Below are positions 9,007 through 18,610 of a stretch of 64,000 nt of DNA, piece by piece (positions within the stretch are counted from its first letter, which is position 1; each line of letters opens with the position of its first letter). Source of the stretch: Desulfurococcales archaeon (lineage in GTDB: Archaea > Thermoproteota > Thermoprotei_A > Sulfolobales > NBVN01); NCBI GenBank assembly GCA_015521325.1, contig WAOK01000001.1, positions 73,782 through 137,781 on the forward strand. Reading direction: 5' to 3'. A program made the position numbers and the translations under genes. A model generated the notes under the pieces. It was given only the letters and a program-made list of their open reading frames with translations. It had not been told where the DNA came from and ran no database searches.

Positions 9007-10200
9007 ATGCCAGCAAACCTTCCGGCGGAGGCAAAGGCTAAGTGGGCGAGGTACCTTGACGCTAAGACGCCGGAGGAGAAGCTCCGCGCGCTGCAGGAGT
9101 TCTACTCGAGCATCCCCAAGCATAAGGGTACGGAGAATCTCCGGGCGTGGGTCAGGCGCAAGATAGCCGAGCTGAAGGAGGAGATAGCGGAGCAGAAGGC
9201 GAGGAGGCGCGGCGGCGGTGTATCGTTCTTTGTTCAGAAGGAGGGAGCGGCCCAGGTTGTCATGCTCGGAGAAACCCTCTCGGGTAAGTCAACGCTCCTC
9301 AGGGCACTGACGAATGCAGAGCCCGAGATCAGGGGTGTGCCGTTCACGACCCTTAAGCCAGTGCCTGGGATGGTCAGGTACGAGGATATCCAGTTCCAAC
9401 TAGTTGAGGTTCCAGCCGTTGTCGAGGGCATGCATAGGGGGGCCGTGTGGTGGGGTTCTAGGGTTCTTGGCATGGCCAGAAACGCTGACCTCCTAATGAT
9501 AGTTATAGACCTCTCGAATAACCCGGTTAAGCAACTCAAGACCATCATAGAGGAACTGAGGGAGGCCGGAATAATGCTCCGGCGACCGAAAGGAAGAGTA
9601 GTCATAGAGAGGTCTAAGGCGGTTCCCGGGATAAGGGTCATAACCCTCGGGAGGCTCGTCGATGCTACGGCCGCTGACGTCATCAAGCTCCTCAATAGCT
9701 ACAGGATCTACCACGCGATAGTGAAGATATACGGTGATGCCACTCTCGACGACGTGGAGAAGGCGATATTTGAGCGCACATCCTTCAAGAGAGCGCTCTT
9801 CGTCCTAAACAAGGTCGACCTAGTCAGCGCGCCCAGAGCGGAGGCCCTAGCGAGAAAAATAGTTGAGGCACTCCCGGATTCTGATGCCGTTGTTGTTTCA
9901 GCACTGAAAGGTTACAGGATCAGTGAGATCCCACAGAGGATATTCAGGCTGAGCGGAGTCATCAGGGTATACACCAAGGAACCCAATCAGCAGAAGCCCT
10001 CAGAGATACCGCTGATCTTGAAGAAGGGGGCAACCGTCGCTGACGCAATAATGAAGATTAGGGAGGAGTTCCTCCAATACTTTAAGTACGCACGCATCTG
10101 GGGTCCGTCCGCAAAATTCCCAGGAGAGAGAGTGGGCCTCGACCACGTCCTAGAGGACGGGGATATTATTGAGATTAGAACAACTATTAAGGGAATATAA
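9007..10200 (+). CDS. DRG/OBG-family GTPase with C-terminal TGS domain
   Basis: Track ORF of 397 aa. G1 is GETLSGKSTLL and G2 is PFTTL. G4 is LNKVD. The C-terminal ARIWGPSAKFPGERVGLDHVLEDGDIIEI is TGS-like. Confidence 0.85.
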   Translation: MPANLPAEAKAKWARYLDAKTPEEKLRALQEFYSSIPKHKGTENLRAWVRRKIAELKEEIAEQKARRRGGGVSFFVQKEGAAQVVMLGETLSGKSTLLRALTNAEPEIRGVPFTTLKPVPGMVRYEDIQFQLVEVPAVVEGMHRGAVWWGSRVLGMARNADLLMIVIDLSNNPVKQLKTIIEELREAGIMLRRPKGRVVIERSKAVPGIRVITLGRLVDATAADVIKLLNSYRIYHAIVKIYGDATLDDVEKAIFERTSFKRALFVLNKVDLVSAPRAEALARKIVEALPDSDAVVVSALKGYRISEIPQRIFRLSGVIRVYTKEPNQQKPSEIPLILKKGATVADAIMKIREEFLQYFKYARIWGPSAKFPGERVGLDHVLEDGDIIEIRTTIKGI

Positions 10201-10217
10201 GAGGCTTCGGTGGTAAC

Positions 10218-11030
10218 TTGGCCAAAAAGAGGGCTAAGAAGGAGGGTGAGGAGAGAGAGGCAAAGAAGAAACCAAGGAAGAAAAGCAAGCGAAGAGAGGT
10301 TAACCTTGAGCGCTGGATAGAAAAATACATCGAGAAGATCGTTGAGCTCAGCGGGCTCGACATGCTCGAACTCACGAAGGAGGAGTACGTAGAGCTGCTC
10401 TCCGACCTTATCGAGATGCTCTACGGGTCAAGGACCTCGTATACTAAGGCTGAGGTACTGGTTAAGAGAATGAATAGATACAGAGACAGGGTCTACCCTC
10501 TAATAGCGGCGAGGTTACTGGGCATCAAAGATCACCTCACCGAGACACAGCTTGAGTTCGTCGTCTATAACATAGAGGATGCTGTCCTGGCTGCGGCGCC
10601 GAGGCTCTACGCCGAGGTCAGGCGCTATGGTAGAGAAGACCTCGCCGACGTGCTTAGGTATAAGTGGATGAAGCACTGGATGAGGAAGAGAACGCAGGTG
10701 CTCCCGATCAGGTGCCCTTACTGCGGTTTCCACTCAGTAATGCCTGACATGACGTGCCTGGTATGTGGTGCGGTGATCAGTGAAGGGAGGCTCAAGGATT
10801 CGATGAACTTTAAGGAGCTGCTGGAGTACTTCCTAGACTCACTCGGGTGCGAGGAGCTCCGAACGCTTCTTAATTACGACTACGTGCTGGCAAACTCGCT
10901 GGGGTTAAAGCACCCGAAGGAGAGGAGGACACCGGTCGATGTCGAGATTTACTTAACTAGGTCAGAGAAGGAGTTGATTAGGAAGAAGCTAGGTGAGAGG
11001 TGTGGTAATGAAGAGGCTAAGGAGCGTTGA
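10218..11030 (+). CDS. hypothetical protein with Lys-rich N-terminal tail and internal zinc ribbon
   Basis: Track ORF of 270 aa with a TTG start. It contains KKRAKKEGEEREAKKKPRKKSKRR and CPYCGF...CLVCG. No family was recognised. Confidence 0.45.
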   Translation: MAKKRAKKEGEEREAKKKPRKKSKRREVNLERWIEKYIEKIVELSGLDMLELTKEEYVELLSDLIEMLYGSRTSYTKAEVLVKRMNRYRDRVYPLIAARLLGIKDHLTETQLEFVVYNIEDAVLAAAPRLYAEVRRYGREDLADVLRYKWMKHWMRKRTQVLPIRCPYCGFHSVMPDMTCLVCGAVISEGRLKDSMNFKELLEYFLDSLGCEELRTLLNYDYVLANSLGLKHPKERRTPVDVEIYLTRSEKELIRKKLGERCGNEEAKER

Positions 11031-11334
11031 CGAAGCCAAGGAGTTCGTAGCAACCAGCGAACAGGCAATAATAATGTACGCACCCTCAGAGGGTGAGTCA
11101 GCAGAGTTCGCAGAGAAGCTCGCGGAGAGTCTGAAAAACAAGGCCCGGGACCTCGGTGTGGCGGTCTTCACCATGGAAGGAGAGGAGTTCACACCGATAG
11201 TGATCTACTACGAGAGAGGTAAGGAAGTCATGAGGCAGAGGGAGTTCTTCATGAACCCTGACGTTGACGCCGAAGCGATACTCCTAGGGCTCCGCAACCG
11301 CTATCATAGGCTAGGGGAGAAGCCCCCGTTCTGA
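11008..11334 (+). CDS. hypothetical protein (possibly thioredoxin-fold-like, no CxxC)
   Basis: Track ORF 10993..11334. ATG 11008 gives MKRLRSVDEAKEF.... It overlaps the 3' end of the upstream gene. No family was recognised. Confidence 0.4.
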   Translation: MKRLRSVDEAKEFVATSEQAIIMYAPSEGESAEFAEKLAESLKNKARDLGVAVFTMEGEEFTPIVIYYERGKEVMRQREFFMNPDVDAEAILLGLRNRYHRLGEKPPF

Positions 11335-12095
11335 GGGATGCCCCTATCTGAGAGAAGCACTGCCTGAAAGAACTTAACGAACCTATAGATAGTCTCTGGG
11401 CTCTTCCTCTCAAGTTCCGCAACTAGATTCTTGAGCCTGCCAGCGCCCCTCACGTCAGCAAATGCCCTCGATGAGGATGTCACAGGAAGCCCCCTTAAGG
11501 CCACGTAAGCATTTATGTCAGTAAGTAGCACCCTGCTCAGAGGTGAGACAATCACAGCGTTCCCCACCAGATACCTTGGCAATGCGCACTCACAGGGCCT
11601 CATACCGTAGATCATTAGACGGATCAGGGAGTCAAGGATAATATCTGTAGCCGTTATGGGTGTAACAGCGATAACGTTTTCTATTTCCTTAAGACTCTCA
11701 GCCACAGCCCTAGCCTCACTGACAGGCCCGGGAACAGGCTCGAGCGAGGAGATATTGACATACACAACCTCAGGTCTTTCCTTAATAACTCCCTCAATTA
11801 GCTCTGCCGCTAAGTCAGCGGAGTCTGGGTGCCCAACTACCAAGACCTTGTTGCTGTACTTCTTAGCCAGTGTGCCGAGCAAGTAGGCGGCCCCAGAACT
11901 TGCTATGGGTGAGCTGCGGAGCGGGATAAAGACTAGTTCCGAGCCATACTCCGGGCTGGCTAGCGATGCGAGCCCTCTCCTTAAGGCCTTGGTCAGTGCT
12001 CTCTCCAGACACTTGAGGCAGAGGGCCTCGCCTGAGGCTCTCCTCCTGTATACTGCCGGCCTCCTCCCGCATGCTGTGCACAGGGGCGGTGTCAT
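11304..12095 (-). CDS. TtuA/Ncs6 (CTU1)-family-like protein with degenerate PP-loop
   Basis: Track ORF of 263 aa. The N-terminal zinc finger is C6-x2-C9...C26-x2-C29 (LCTACGRRPAVYRRRASGEALCLKCL). Later blocks (VIVSPLSRVLLTDINAYVALRGLP and LVAELERKSPETIYRFVKFF) resemble conserved TtuA blocks as I recall them. No SGGxDS motif is present. Confidence 0.5.
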   Translation of the reverse strand: MTPPLCTACGRRPAVYRRRASGEALCLKCLERALTKALRRGLASLASPEYGSELVFIPLRSSPIASSGAAYLLGTLAKKYSNKVLVVGHPDSADLAAELIEGVIKERPEVVYVNISSLEPVPGPVSEARAVAESLKEIENVIAVTPITATDIILDSLIRLMIYGMRPCECALPRYLVGNAVIVSPLSRVLLTDINAYVALRGLPVTSSSRAFADVRGAGRLKNLVAELERKSPETIYRFVKFFQAVLLSDRGIPQNGGFSPSL

Positions 12096-12439
12096 ACCTC
12101 TAACCTGTCGAGCCTCTCTTCCTTGAGCAGGAACCTGAGCTTCTCGTTCGCCTCAGCGAACAGTGCTTCATCGTCTAGGGCCTCGTCCGACATTATACCC
12201 ATTACCTCCATGAGATAGGGATTGAGGTAGTCGGGCCCATCAACTATCTCGAATCTCAGGTTGTCGAAGTACTTGCTGAGCTCTTCTCGCCCGATCTCGC
12301 CAGCACGGAACATGTAGAGAGCGTACCCGGCTAGGGAGGCGACGAGGAAGTTGGCAGCGTCTATATCCCCTTCGTCAACAAGTCTCTCGTATGCCTTGAG
12401 CACAGCATCTCTCGGTGGGAGCAACTGCTCACCCACCAA
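12092..12439 (-). CDS. hypothetical acidic protein
   Basis: Track ORF of 115 aa. It has a 4-nt overlap with the downstream TtuA-like gene, implying translational coupling. No family was recognised. Confidence 0.45.
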   Translation of the reverse strand: MVGEQLLPPRDAVLKAYERLVDEGDIDAANFLVASLAGYALYMFRAGEIGREELSKYFDNLRFEIVDGPDYLNPYLMEVMGIMSDEALDDEALFAEANEKLRFLLKEERLDRLEV

Positions 12440-12488
12440 GTGATTATGTGAGGGGATTTGAGGGTTTGGCTCTGTGACGATGGGAAGA

Positions 12489-12498
12489 CTTATATAGA
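12489..12498 (+). promoter_or_regulatory. TATA-box-like element for the thermosome gene
   Basis: CTTATATAGA lies ~35-45 nt upstream of ATG 12531/12540. That spacing is compatible with an archaeal TATA at about -26 from a short-leader transcription start site (TSS). Confidence 0.45.
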
Positions 12499-12530
12499 AG
12501 AGACCTACCTAGGTCTAACGGGATGCGGTC

Positions 12531-14225
12531 ATGGTTGCCATGTATGGCGTGCCCGTAGTTGTGCTGAAAGAGGGGACCTCCAGGACCTACGGAAGGGAGG
12601 CCCTAAGGAACAACATCATCGCAGCGAAGGCTCTCGCCGAGATACTCAAGACCTCTCTTGGCCCGAAGGGTCTCGACAAGATGCTCGTGGACTCCTTCGG
12701 CGACATCACTGTGACTAATGACGGCGCTACGATCGTCAAGGAGATGGAGGTACAGCACCCCGCTGCGAAGCTCCTCGTTGAGACCGCTAAGGCTGTTGAC
12801 GCTGAGGTCGGTGATGGCACCACCACAGCGGTTGTGTTAGCTGGCGAGCTCTTGGCTAAGGCAGAGACCCTCCTTGACCAGAACATTCATCCGACGATAA
12901 TCATTGAGGGTTATAAGAAAGCGGCGAAGAAGGCGGTCGAGATCCTTGATGAGATAGCCGAGAAGGTCGACATAAGCGGGCTCGATGAGGTAAAGGAGGG
13001 CAAGGCTGACATCAAGGACAAGAAGGAGCTCTACGACGCCCTCTACAGGGTTGCCTACACAACCCTGTCCAGCAAGTATATGGCCACGCCCGACATCATG
13101 GACTACCTCATCGACATAGCTATAAGGGCGGTAATCCAGGTAACGGAGAAGAAGAACGGCAAGTACATAGTGAGGCTCGGCAACATCAAGATCGAGAAAA
13201 AGAAGGGAGCCTCCCTGGCCGACACAAAGTTGGTCTACGGTATCGTCCTCGACAAGGAAGTCGTGCACCCTGGAATGCCTCGCCTCGTGAGGAACGCTAA
13301 GATAGCCCTCATCGACGCGCCGCTAGAGGTCGAGAAGCCTGACATAACTGCCAAGATCAACATCACGAGCCCGGAGCAGATAAGGATGTTCCTAGAGGAG
13401 GAGACGAGGCTCCTGAAGGACATGGTGGACAAGATTGCTTCTGTTGGTGCTAATGTTGTGATTTGTCAGAAGGGTATTGATGATGTTGCTCAGCACTTCC
13501 TAGCAAAGAAGGGCATACTAGCAGTAAGGAGAGTAAAGAGATCAGACATGGAGAAACTAGAGAGAGCAACCGGCGGCAGGATAGTCACCAGCATTAGGGA
13601 CCTAACTGAGAACGACCTAGGCTACGCAGAGCTAGTCGAGGAGAGGAAAGTCGGCAACGACAAGATGATCTTTATCGAGGGATGCAAGAACCCGGCGGCA
13701 GTGACCATACTGATTAGGGGCGCCAACGACATGATAGTCGACGATGCCGAGAGGTCCTTCCAGGACGCCCTCCACGCCCTGAGGAACTTGATAAGGGATC
13801 CGAAGATCGTTGCTGGCGGCGGAGCCCCCGAGATCGAGATAGCCATGAAGCTAAGGAAGTTCGCCGAGACAATTGGAGGTAAGGAGCAGCTAGCCGTAAA
13901 GGCATTCGCCGACGCCCTAGAGGAGATAGTGACCGTGCTGGCTCAGACAGCCGGCCTTGACCCGCTCGACACTGTCATGGAGCTGAGGAAGCTGCACAGG
14001 GACGGCAAGAAGAACGCCGGAATCGATGTTATGAACGGTAAGGTAGTCGATGACATGGCCGCCATAAACGTCATCGACCCGGTCATCGTAAAGAAGCAGG
14101 TGATACTTGCTGCCACAGAGGCAGCCACGGCGATTCTGAAGGTGGACGACATAATCGCTGCCTCACCGACTAAGAAGGAGAAGAAGGGTAAGGGCGGCGA
14201 AGAATCTAAGTTTGAGTTCGACTGA
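12531..14225 (+). CDS. ths: thermosome subunit (group II chaperonin)
   Basis: Track ORF of 564 aa. Matching motifs are [41 protein letters not shown] and [10 protein letters not shown]. The alternative start is ATG 12540. Confidence 0.97.
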   Translation: MVAMYGVPVVVLKEGTSRTYGREALRNNIIAAKALAEILKTSLGPKGLDKMLVDSFGDITVTNDGATIVKEMEVQHPAAKLLVETAKAVDAEVGDGTTTAVVLAGELLAKAETLLDQNIHPTIIIEGYKKAAKKAVEILDEIAEKVDISGLDEVKEGKADIKDKKELYDALYRVAYTTLSSKYMATPDIMDYLIDIAIRAVIQVTEKKNGKYIVRLGNIKIEKKKGASLADTKLVYGIVLDKEVVHPGMPRLVRNAKIALIDAPLEVEKPDITAKINITSPEQIRMFLEEETRLLKDMVDKIASVGANVVICQKGIDDVAQHFLAKKGILAVRRVKRSDMEKLERATGGRIVTSIRDLTENDLGYAELVEERKVGNDKMIFIEGCKNPAAVTILIRGANDMIVDDAERSFQDALHALRNLIRDPKIVAGGGAPEIEIAMKLRKFAETIGGKEQLAVKAFADALEEIVTVLAQTAGLDPLDTVMELRKLHRDGKKNAGIDVMNGKVVDDMAAINVIDPVIVKKQVILAATEAATAILKVDDIIAASPTKKEKKGKGGEESKFEFD

Positions 14226-14326
14226 GGCTTATACCCCCTTTTATAAAACAATAAAACACTTAGCTGTTCCACCGGCAACCCTTATTTTCCCTTTGATAAC
14301 GAGAGAGTAGGTCGGGGTAATAGGCG

Positions 14327-14638
14327 TTGAGGAGGCTGAGACCAGCTGAGGTACTGAGAAAGGCGAACATAAAGATCGGGTTACCGAGGCTCACAAGGTT
14401 CGAGAAGGCGAGGATAGTTGCTGCTAGAGCGCTTCAGCTCTCATTAGGCGCGTTACCGCTTATTGATATAAAGGAACTTGGTACCGTCGACCCTATAGAA
14501 ATAGCTATGGAGGAACTCCGGAGAGGTGTCCTCCCGATCACCCTGATTAGGGAGAAGCCTGACGGCACTATTGAGAAGGTCTCTGTACAGAGGTTGGTCG
14601 AGATCGAGCGCATGCTTTTTGGTAGGGTGAGCGTCTGA
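14327..14638 (+). CDS. rpoK: DNA-directed RNA polymerase subunit K (Rpb6 homologue)
   Basis: Track ORF of 103 aa with a TTG start. LTRFEKARIVAARALQLSLGA...DPIEIAMEELRRGVLPITLIR is the Rpb6/RpoK core. Confidence 0.85.
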   Translation: MRRLRPAEVLRKANIKIGLPRLTRFEKARIVAARALQLSLGALPLIDIKELGTVDPIEIAMEELRRGVLPITLIREKPDGTIEKVSVQRLVEIERMLFGRVSV

Positions 14639-14639
14639 G

Positions 14640-15764
14640 ATGGGCTATGGGGTCGATGTCGAGAGCGTCGTGAGGAAGTACTTCAATGTGGGTAAGGTAT
14701 CGTCGGCCGAAGGCTTCTATGAGTTCGTTGTGATCGGTGACATTAGTGAGGATGACCTCAATGAACGGTTCGATGCCCTCTATGACGAGTTGATAAGTTC
14801 AGGTTACGCGGCCCTCCTAACCAGTGCTGGCTCTAACATAGTGCTGAGGGTATTCTATATCGGTGCCCCTAAGAAAGGGGCGTTGCTGAGTATCATTATG
14901 ACTGCTGCTACGGCTGCTTCCGTTCTGCTGACAGGGTATCTACAGACGCTATCGTTTAATGACGCCGTGGTGCATCTCCGGAAATTCGGTGCTAACCTCG
15001 TCGACATAGACCCCTTCATAGGTGCGTTCTTGTTCCTAGTGGCTGTTCTCGTGCCCTTGATGTTGCACGAACTGGGTCACACATTCGCTGCTAGAAGCAC
15101 AGGGGTTCCCGCGGATTTACCCACTCCTATACCAGCGCCGGTTATATCGCCTCTCGGCACTTTCGGGGCCATTATCCGTATGAGGTACCTCCCTAAGAGG
15201 CTCAAGTACTTGGCAGAGTTGGGGATATCCGGTCCGTTCGTAGGTGTGACGACCTCGGCACTACTATTTGTACTTTTCTTAATGACCTCCCCTACCATAC
15301 CCTACGATGTTGCTGCGAGGGCTGCCTCGTCCGGGCTCCTTGGTTATGTGAGTGTGACCCCGATGCTCGCTTACGCCTTAATAGGGGTCTTAGGAGAGGG
15401 CTCGGTGGTCGTCCTAACACCCCCTGCGCTAGCGTCTATGCTCATATTGATGCTGCACTTCGCTAATTTGGTGCCCATCGGGCAGCTTGATGGCGGTCAC
15501 GTTTTCAGGGCCCTCACAAGCACAAGTGTTCACAGGGTCGCTGGCTTAGCTTCCTTCGTGGTCTTAATGATTCTGGGTGTTTTATTTCCGCAGATGCTGT
15601 GGTTATCGATATTCGCTATTCTGGCAATGTTTCTCACAGGCTCTAGGCCCCACATAGGTGCCGCAAATACTCTCTCAAGGCTGAACGGGAAAGATAAGCT
15701 AACCTTCGGTATACTTTATGCTTTGCTGTTGATACTAACTCTTCCAGTGCCCCTGATAGGCTGA
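14640..15764 (+). CDS. site-2 protease family (M50) membrane metalloprotease
   Basis: Track ORF of 374 aa with multiple TM helices. It carries the HELGH zinc motif and the downstream NLVPIGQLDGGH motif. Confidence 0.8.
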   Translation: MGYGVDVESVVRKYFNVGKVSSAEGFYEFVVIGDISEDDLNERFDALYDELISSGYAALLTSAGSNIVLRVFYIGAPKKGALLSIIMTAATAASVLLTGYLQTLSFNDAVVHLRKFGANLVDIDPFIGAFLFLVAVLVPLMLHELGHTFAARSTGVPADLPTPIPAPVISPLGTFGAIIRMRYLPKRLKYLAELGISGPFVGVTTSALLFVLFLMTSPTIPYDVAARAASSGLLGYVSVTPMLAYALIGVLGEGSVVVLTPPALASMLILMLHFANLVPIGQLDGGHVFRALTSTSVHRVAGLASFVVLMILGVLFPQMLWLSIFAILAMFLTGSRPHIGAANTLSRLNGKDKLTFGILYALLLILTLPVPLIG

Positions 15765-15775
15765 GGTGATCGAGC

Positions 15776-17830
15776 TTGCGTCGAAGGACAACAACTTCAC
15801 TACCGAGACCTGGCTATGTGCTGATTATTGCAGAGAAGCCTAAGGCTGCTAGAAAAATAGCTGGGGCTCTCGGTCTCAGGAGGTTTGGCAGGGTCTATGG
15901 CGTTCCTTATTGGCACGGCTACTATAGGGGCGAGTATGTGGTAGTATCATCTACGGCAGGGCATCTATTCACTCTTGTGACAGATAAGCGTAGCTACCCA
16001 GTTTTTGAGTATAGGTGGGTGCCTAGGTGGGAGGGGGAGAAGGGGGCCTCATTCCTGAAGAAATTCTACTCAGCCCTTAAGGCGCTAGCAAGGGGCGCTA
16101 AGGCATTTGTCAACGCTTGTGACTACGACATTGAAGGCTCCGTGATAGGGTACCTCATTATTAAGGAGTTAGGTGACGTGAGGAGAGCAAGGCGCGCGAA
16201 GTTTTCTTCACTAACGCCGCAGGAGCTAAGGAAATCGTTTCAATTCCTAATGCCGCTGGACTGGGACATGATCGAGTCCGGGCTGTGCAGACACGAACTC
16301 GACTGGATATGGGGAATTAACGTTAGTCGAGCGATAATGCACATGTTCAAGAGGGTGATGAGTTACAGAAAACCCTTGAGTGCCGGGAGGGTGCAGTCCC
16401 CGACCCTTCAGCAAGTAATAAACAGGGAGATAGAGAGGCTGACCCACGTACCTCTCCCATCTTACGGCGTAGTAGCAGAACTCATCACACCTAACAGGGA
16501 GGTGCTCAAGGTCGAGCTTGCATCCGGGCTGAGGACTAGGGAGGAGGCGCGGGAGCTAGTGAGAAAGGTTAAGGCGATAGGTTACGCAATCGTGAAGAAC
16601 GTTGTAAAGAGAGAAGAACGAATAGGTCCGCACCCGCCATTCAATTTACCTGACTTACAGCAGGAGGCGTCTAGGATATACGGTATATCGCCAGCAGAGG
16701 TATTGAGGCTTGGTGAGGAGCTATACCTCGATGGCGTGATAAGCTACCCGAGAACTAATTCCCAAAAACTCCCTCCGACACTAGACACTGACTCAATACT
16801 CAGGTCTCTTAGTAAGCTCTCTCAATACTCCTCATATGCTCCTAGGGCGATCGGAAGGAGTCCTGTGCAGGGAAGAAAGACCGATCCTGCGCACCCAGCG
16901 ATCTACCCCACCGGCCAGTTACCTAAGCTTCCCATGCCCGAGAAGAAGTGGAGACTGTATGACCTGATCGTGAGGAGGTTCATAGCATCATTCCTAGACC
17001 CGATAATAGTATCGACCGTGACCGTGGACGCCGCTTTCGATGGTGTTGTCCGATTCAAGGTCAGAGGGAGAGTTATTAAGGGCAGGGGATGGCTTGATGT
17101 CTATCCTTTCACGGACATTAAGGAATCACGTCTCCCGCCTCTCTCGCCAGGTGACGAGCTCCGGCTCAAGTCCGTTAGAATAAAGCTCCAGCTCTCAAGG
17201 GCTCCAAAGAGATACACGAAGGCCTCCCTCCTAAGGTGGATGGAGTCCGTCGGCATCGGCACGGAGGCTACGAGGGCGGAGATCATAGAGACGATAGTGA
17301 GGCGCGGGTACGTCGAGGTGAAGAGCGGTTACCTAATACCCACAGAGCTCGGGTTTCAGGTGGCTTTCGCCTTGAGCGAGTTCTTTAGTGAAATAACCGA
17401 TGTGTCACTCACTAGGAAGTTTGAGGAGGAGGTTGAGAGCGTCAGATTGGGGAGGAAACGTAGAACGGATGTTGTTGTGGAGGCTAGGGATTTTCTGGAA
17501 CCCCGTCTCAATCATGTGAAGAAACTGATAGAATCGAGGGACAGGGCATCGCTCCTGAGAGCCTTGAAGGTAGTCAAGGATGAGATAATGCCCCGCTGTA
17601 TTATCTGTGGGAGGATATCCTATGGAGAAAGTCTGGGTTTGCCTCTTTGTGTGATGCATTATATGGCGGCTGAGAAGATACGTGAGTCTTACCGGAGATG
17701 GAGGGAGGCAGAGGGTATATCTTTCGAGGACTTTGTGCGAAAGTTGCCTAAGATGGGGTCGGCAGGGGATTACGTTAAGGAGGTGGCTGAGTACATCGTA
17801 GCTCACGGTCTGAACATTAGCGATAAGTAG
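15776..17830 (+). CDS. topA: type IA DNA topoisomerase (topoisomerase III/I-like)
   Basis: Track ORF of 684 aa with a TTG start. The Toprim N-terminus is VLIIAEKPKAARKIA with DYDIEG. It also has GRVQSPTL and SYPRTNSQ (catalytic Tyr region), plus a C-terminal CIICG zinc element. Its 3' end overlaps the convergent signal peptidase gene by 28 nt. Confidence 0.9.
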   Translation: MRRRTTTSLPRPGYVLIIAEKPKAARKIAGALGLRRFGRVYGVPYWHGYYRGEYVVVSSTAGHLFTLVTDKRSYPVFEYRWVPRWEGEKGASFLKKFYSALKALARGAKAFVNACDYDIEGSVIGYLIIKELGDVRRARRAKFSSLTPQELRKSFQFLMPLDWDMIESGLCRHELDWIWGINVSRAIMHMFKRVMSYRKPLSAGRVQSPTLQQVINREIERLTHVPLPSYGVVAELITPNREVLKVELASGLRTREEARELVRKVKAIGYAIVKNVVKREERIGPHPPFNLPDLQQEASRIYGISPAEVLRLGEELYLDGVISYPRTNSQKLPPTLDTDSILRSLSKLSQYSSYAPRAIGRSPVQGRKTDPAHPAIYPTGQLPKLPMPEKKWRLYDLIVRRFIASFLDPIIVSTVTVDAAFDGVVRFKVRGRVIKGRGWLDVYPFTDIKESRLPPLSPGDELRLKSVRIKLQLSRAPKRYTKASLLRWMESVGIGTEATRAEIIETIVRRGYVEVKSGYLIPTELGFQVAFALSEFFSEITDVSLTRKFEEEVESVRLGRKRRTDVVVEARDFLEPRLNHVKKLIESRDRASLLRALKVVKDEIMPRCIICGRISYGESLGLPLCVMHYMAAEKIRESYRRWREAEGISFEDFVRKLPKMGSAGDYVKEVAEYIVAHGLNISDK

Positions 17831-18228
17831 CCTATGACAGGTATCTTGATCGGTGCATCATTCACGGACACGACCTTACCGATCACGTCCTTATACGGCA
17901 CTCCTGGCCCATCAGGTATAGGGTTGTTATCGCCTTGCGTCACGTAATAAAGCTGGTTATTGATTTGTTTTATTTTTATTACTCTATGTATTATGAATGT
18001 ACCATTAGGTTTCTTATAGACGATGATATCACCAACATGAATGTCCTCAGGTGATACCTTGATCACCATGACGAGGTCCCCCGTTTGTAGTGTTGGTTCC
18101 ATCGATCTACCCTCGACAACGGCTAGCGTCACTACTCCCAGTAGATTCATGGTGAGGAACAATATCACTAGAATGAAAACACTAATATCAATTATTGTCG
18201 AGGCATTTACCTTCTTCGTCGTGGGCAC
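17803..18228 (-). CDS. signal peptidase I (archaeal/ER Sec11 type, S26B)
   Basis: Track ORF of 141 aa with an N-terminal TM helix. VVEGRSMEPTLQTGDLVMV carries the catalytic Ser. FIIHRV...GDNN is also present. Confidence 0.8.
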   Translation of the reverse strand: MPTTKKVNASTIIDISVFILVILFLTMNLLGVVTLAVVEGRSMEPTLQTGDLVMVIKVSPEDIHVGDIIVYKKPNGTFIIHRVIKIKQINNQLYYVTQGDNNPIPDGPGVPYKDVIGKVVSVNDAPIKIPVIGYLSLMFRP

Positions 18229-18233
18229 CCCAA

Positions 18234-18542
18234 CTAAAGCTCTTCGTAGATATCGCTTATGTCGATCTCTATCACGGTACCTTCTTCCTTAGGCCTGTTT
18301 TCTCTTTTCTTTTTTCTTCTACCTCTCCTCCTCTTGCCAGGTTGTAGTATTTCTGTGGTTCCATCAGGCCCAACCTTAAGAATACTTACTTTACCTCTCC
18401 ATCTATAACCGCAGTTAGGACACACGAAGGACCCCATGACAGTTATGGTTATCCTTCCCTCGCTGTCAGGTAGTGGTGAGACAAGCTGCCAGGTTTTTAC
18501 AGGTTCCTTAACCTCCGCGCCGCACCTCGGGCACTTGGCCAT
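18234..18542 (-). CDS. zinc-ribbon protein with basic C-terminal tail
   Basis: Track ORF of 102 aa. It contains CPRCG...CPNCG and then KRRRGRRKKKRENRPK. It lies immediately upstream of the signal peptidase on the same strand. Confidence 0.5.
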   Translation of the reverse strand: MAKCPRCGAEVKEPVKTWQLVSPLPDSEGRITITVMGSFVCPNCGYRWRGKVSILKVGPDGTTEILQPGKRRRGRRKKKRENRPKEEGTVIEIDISDIYEEL

Positions 18543-18610
18543 TCGCTCGCACCATAGCGGTTGGGTAGCCGCGGTAAAAGGGTTTACTAGAGTGTGGAGG
18601 CGATCGCTTA

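Noticed and set aside
12458-12718. An 86-aa plus-strand ORF overlapping the thermosome start.
   Set aside because: It is out of frame with, and largely inside, the strongly supported thermosome gene. It also begins upstream of the likely TATA-directed TSS.
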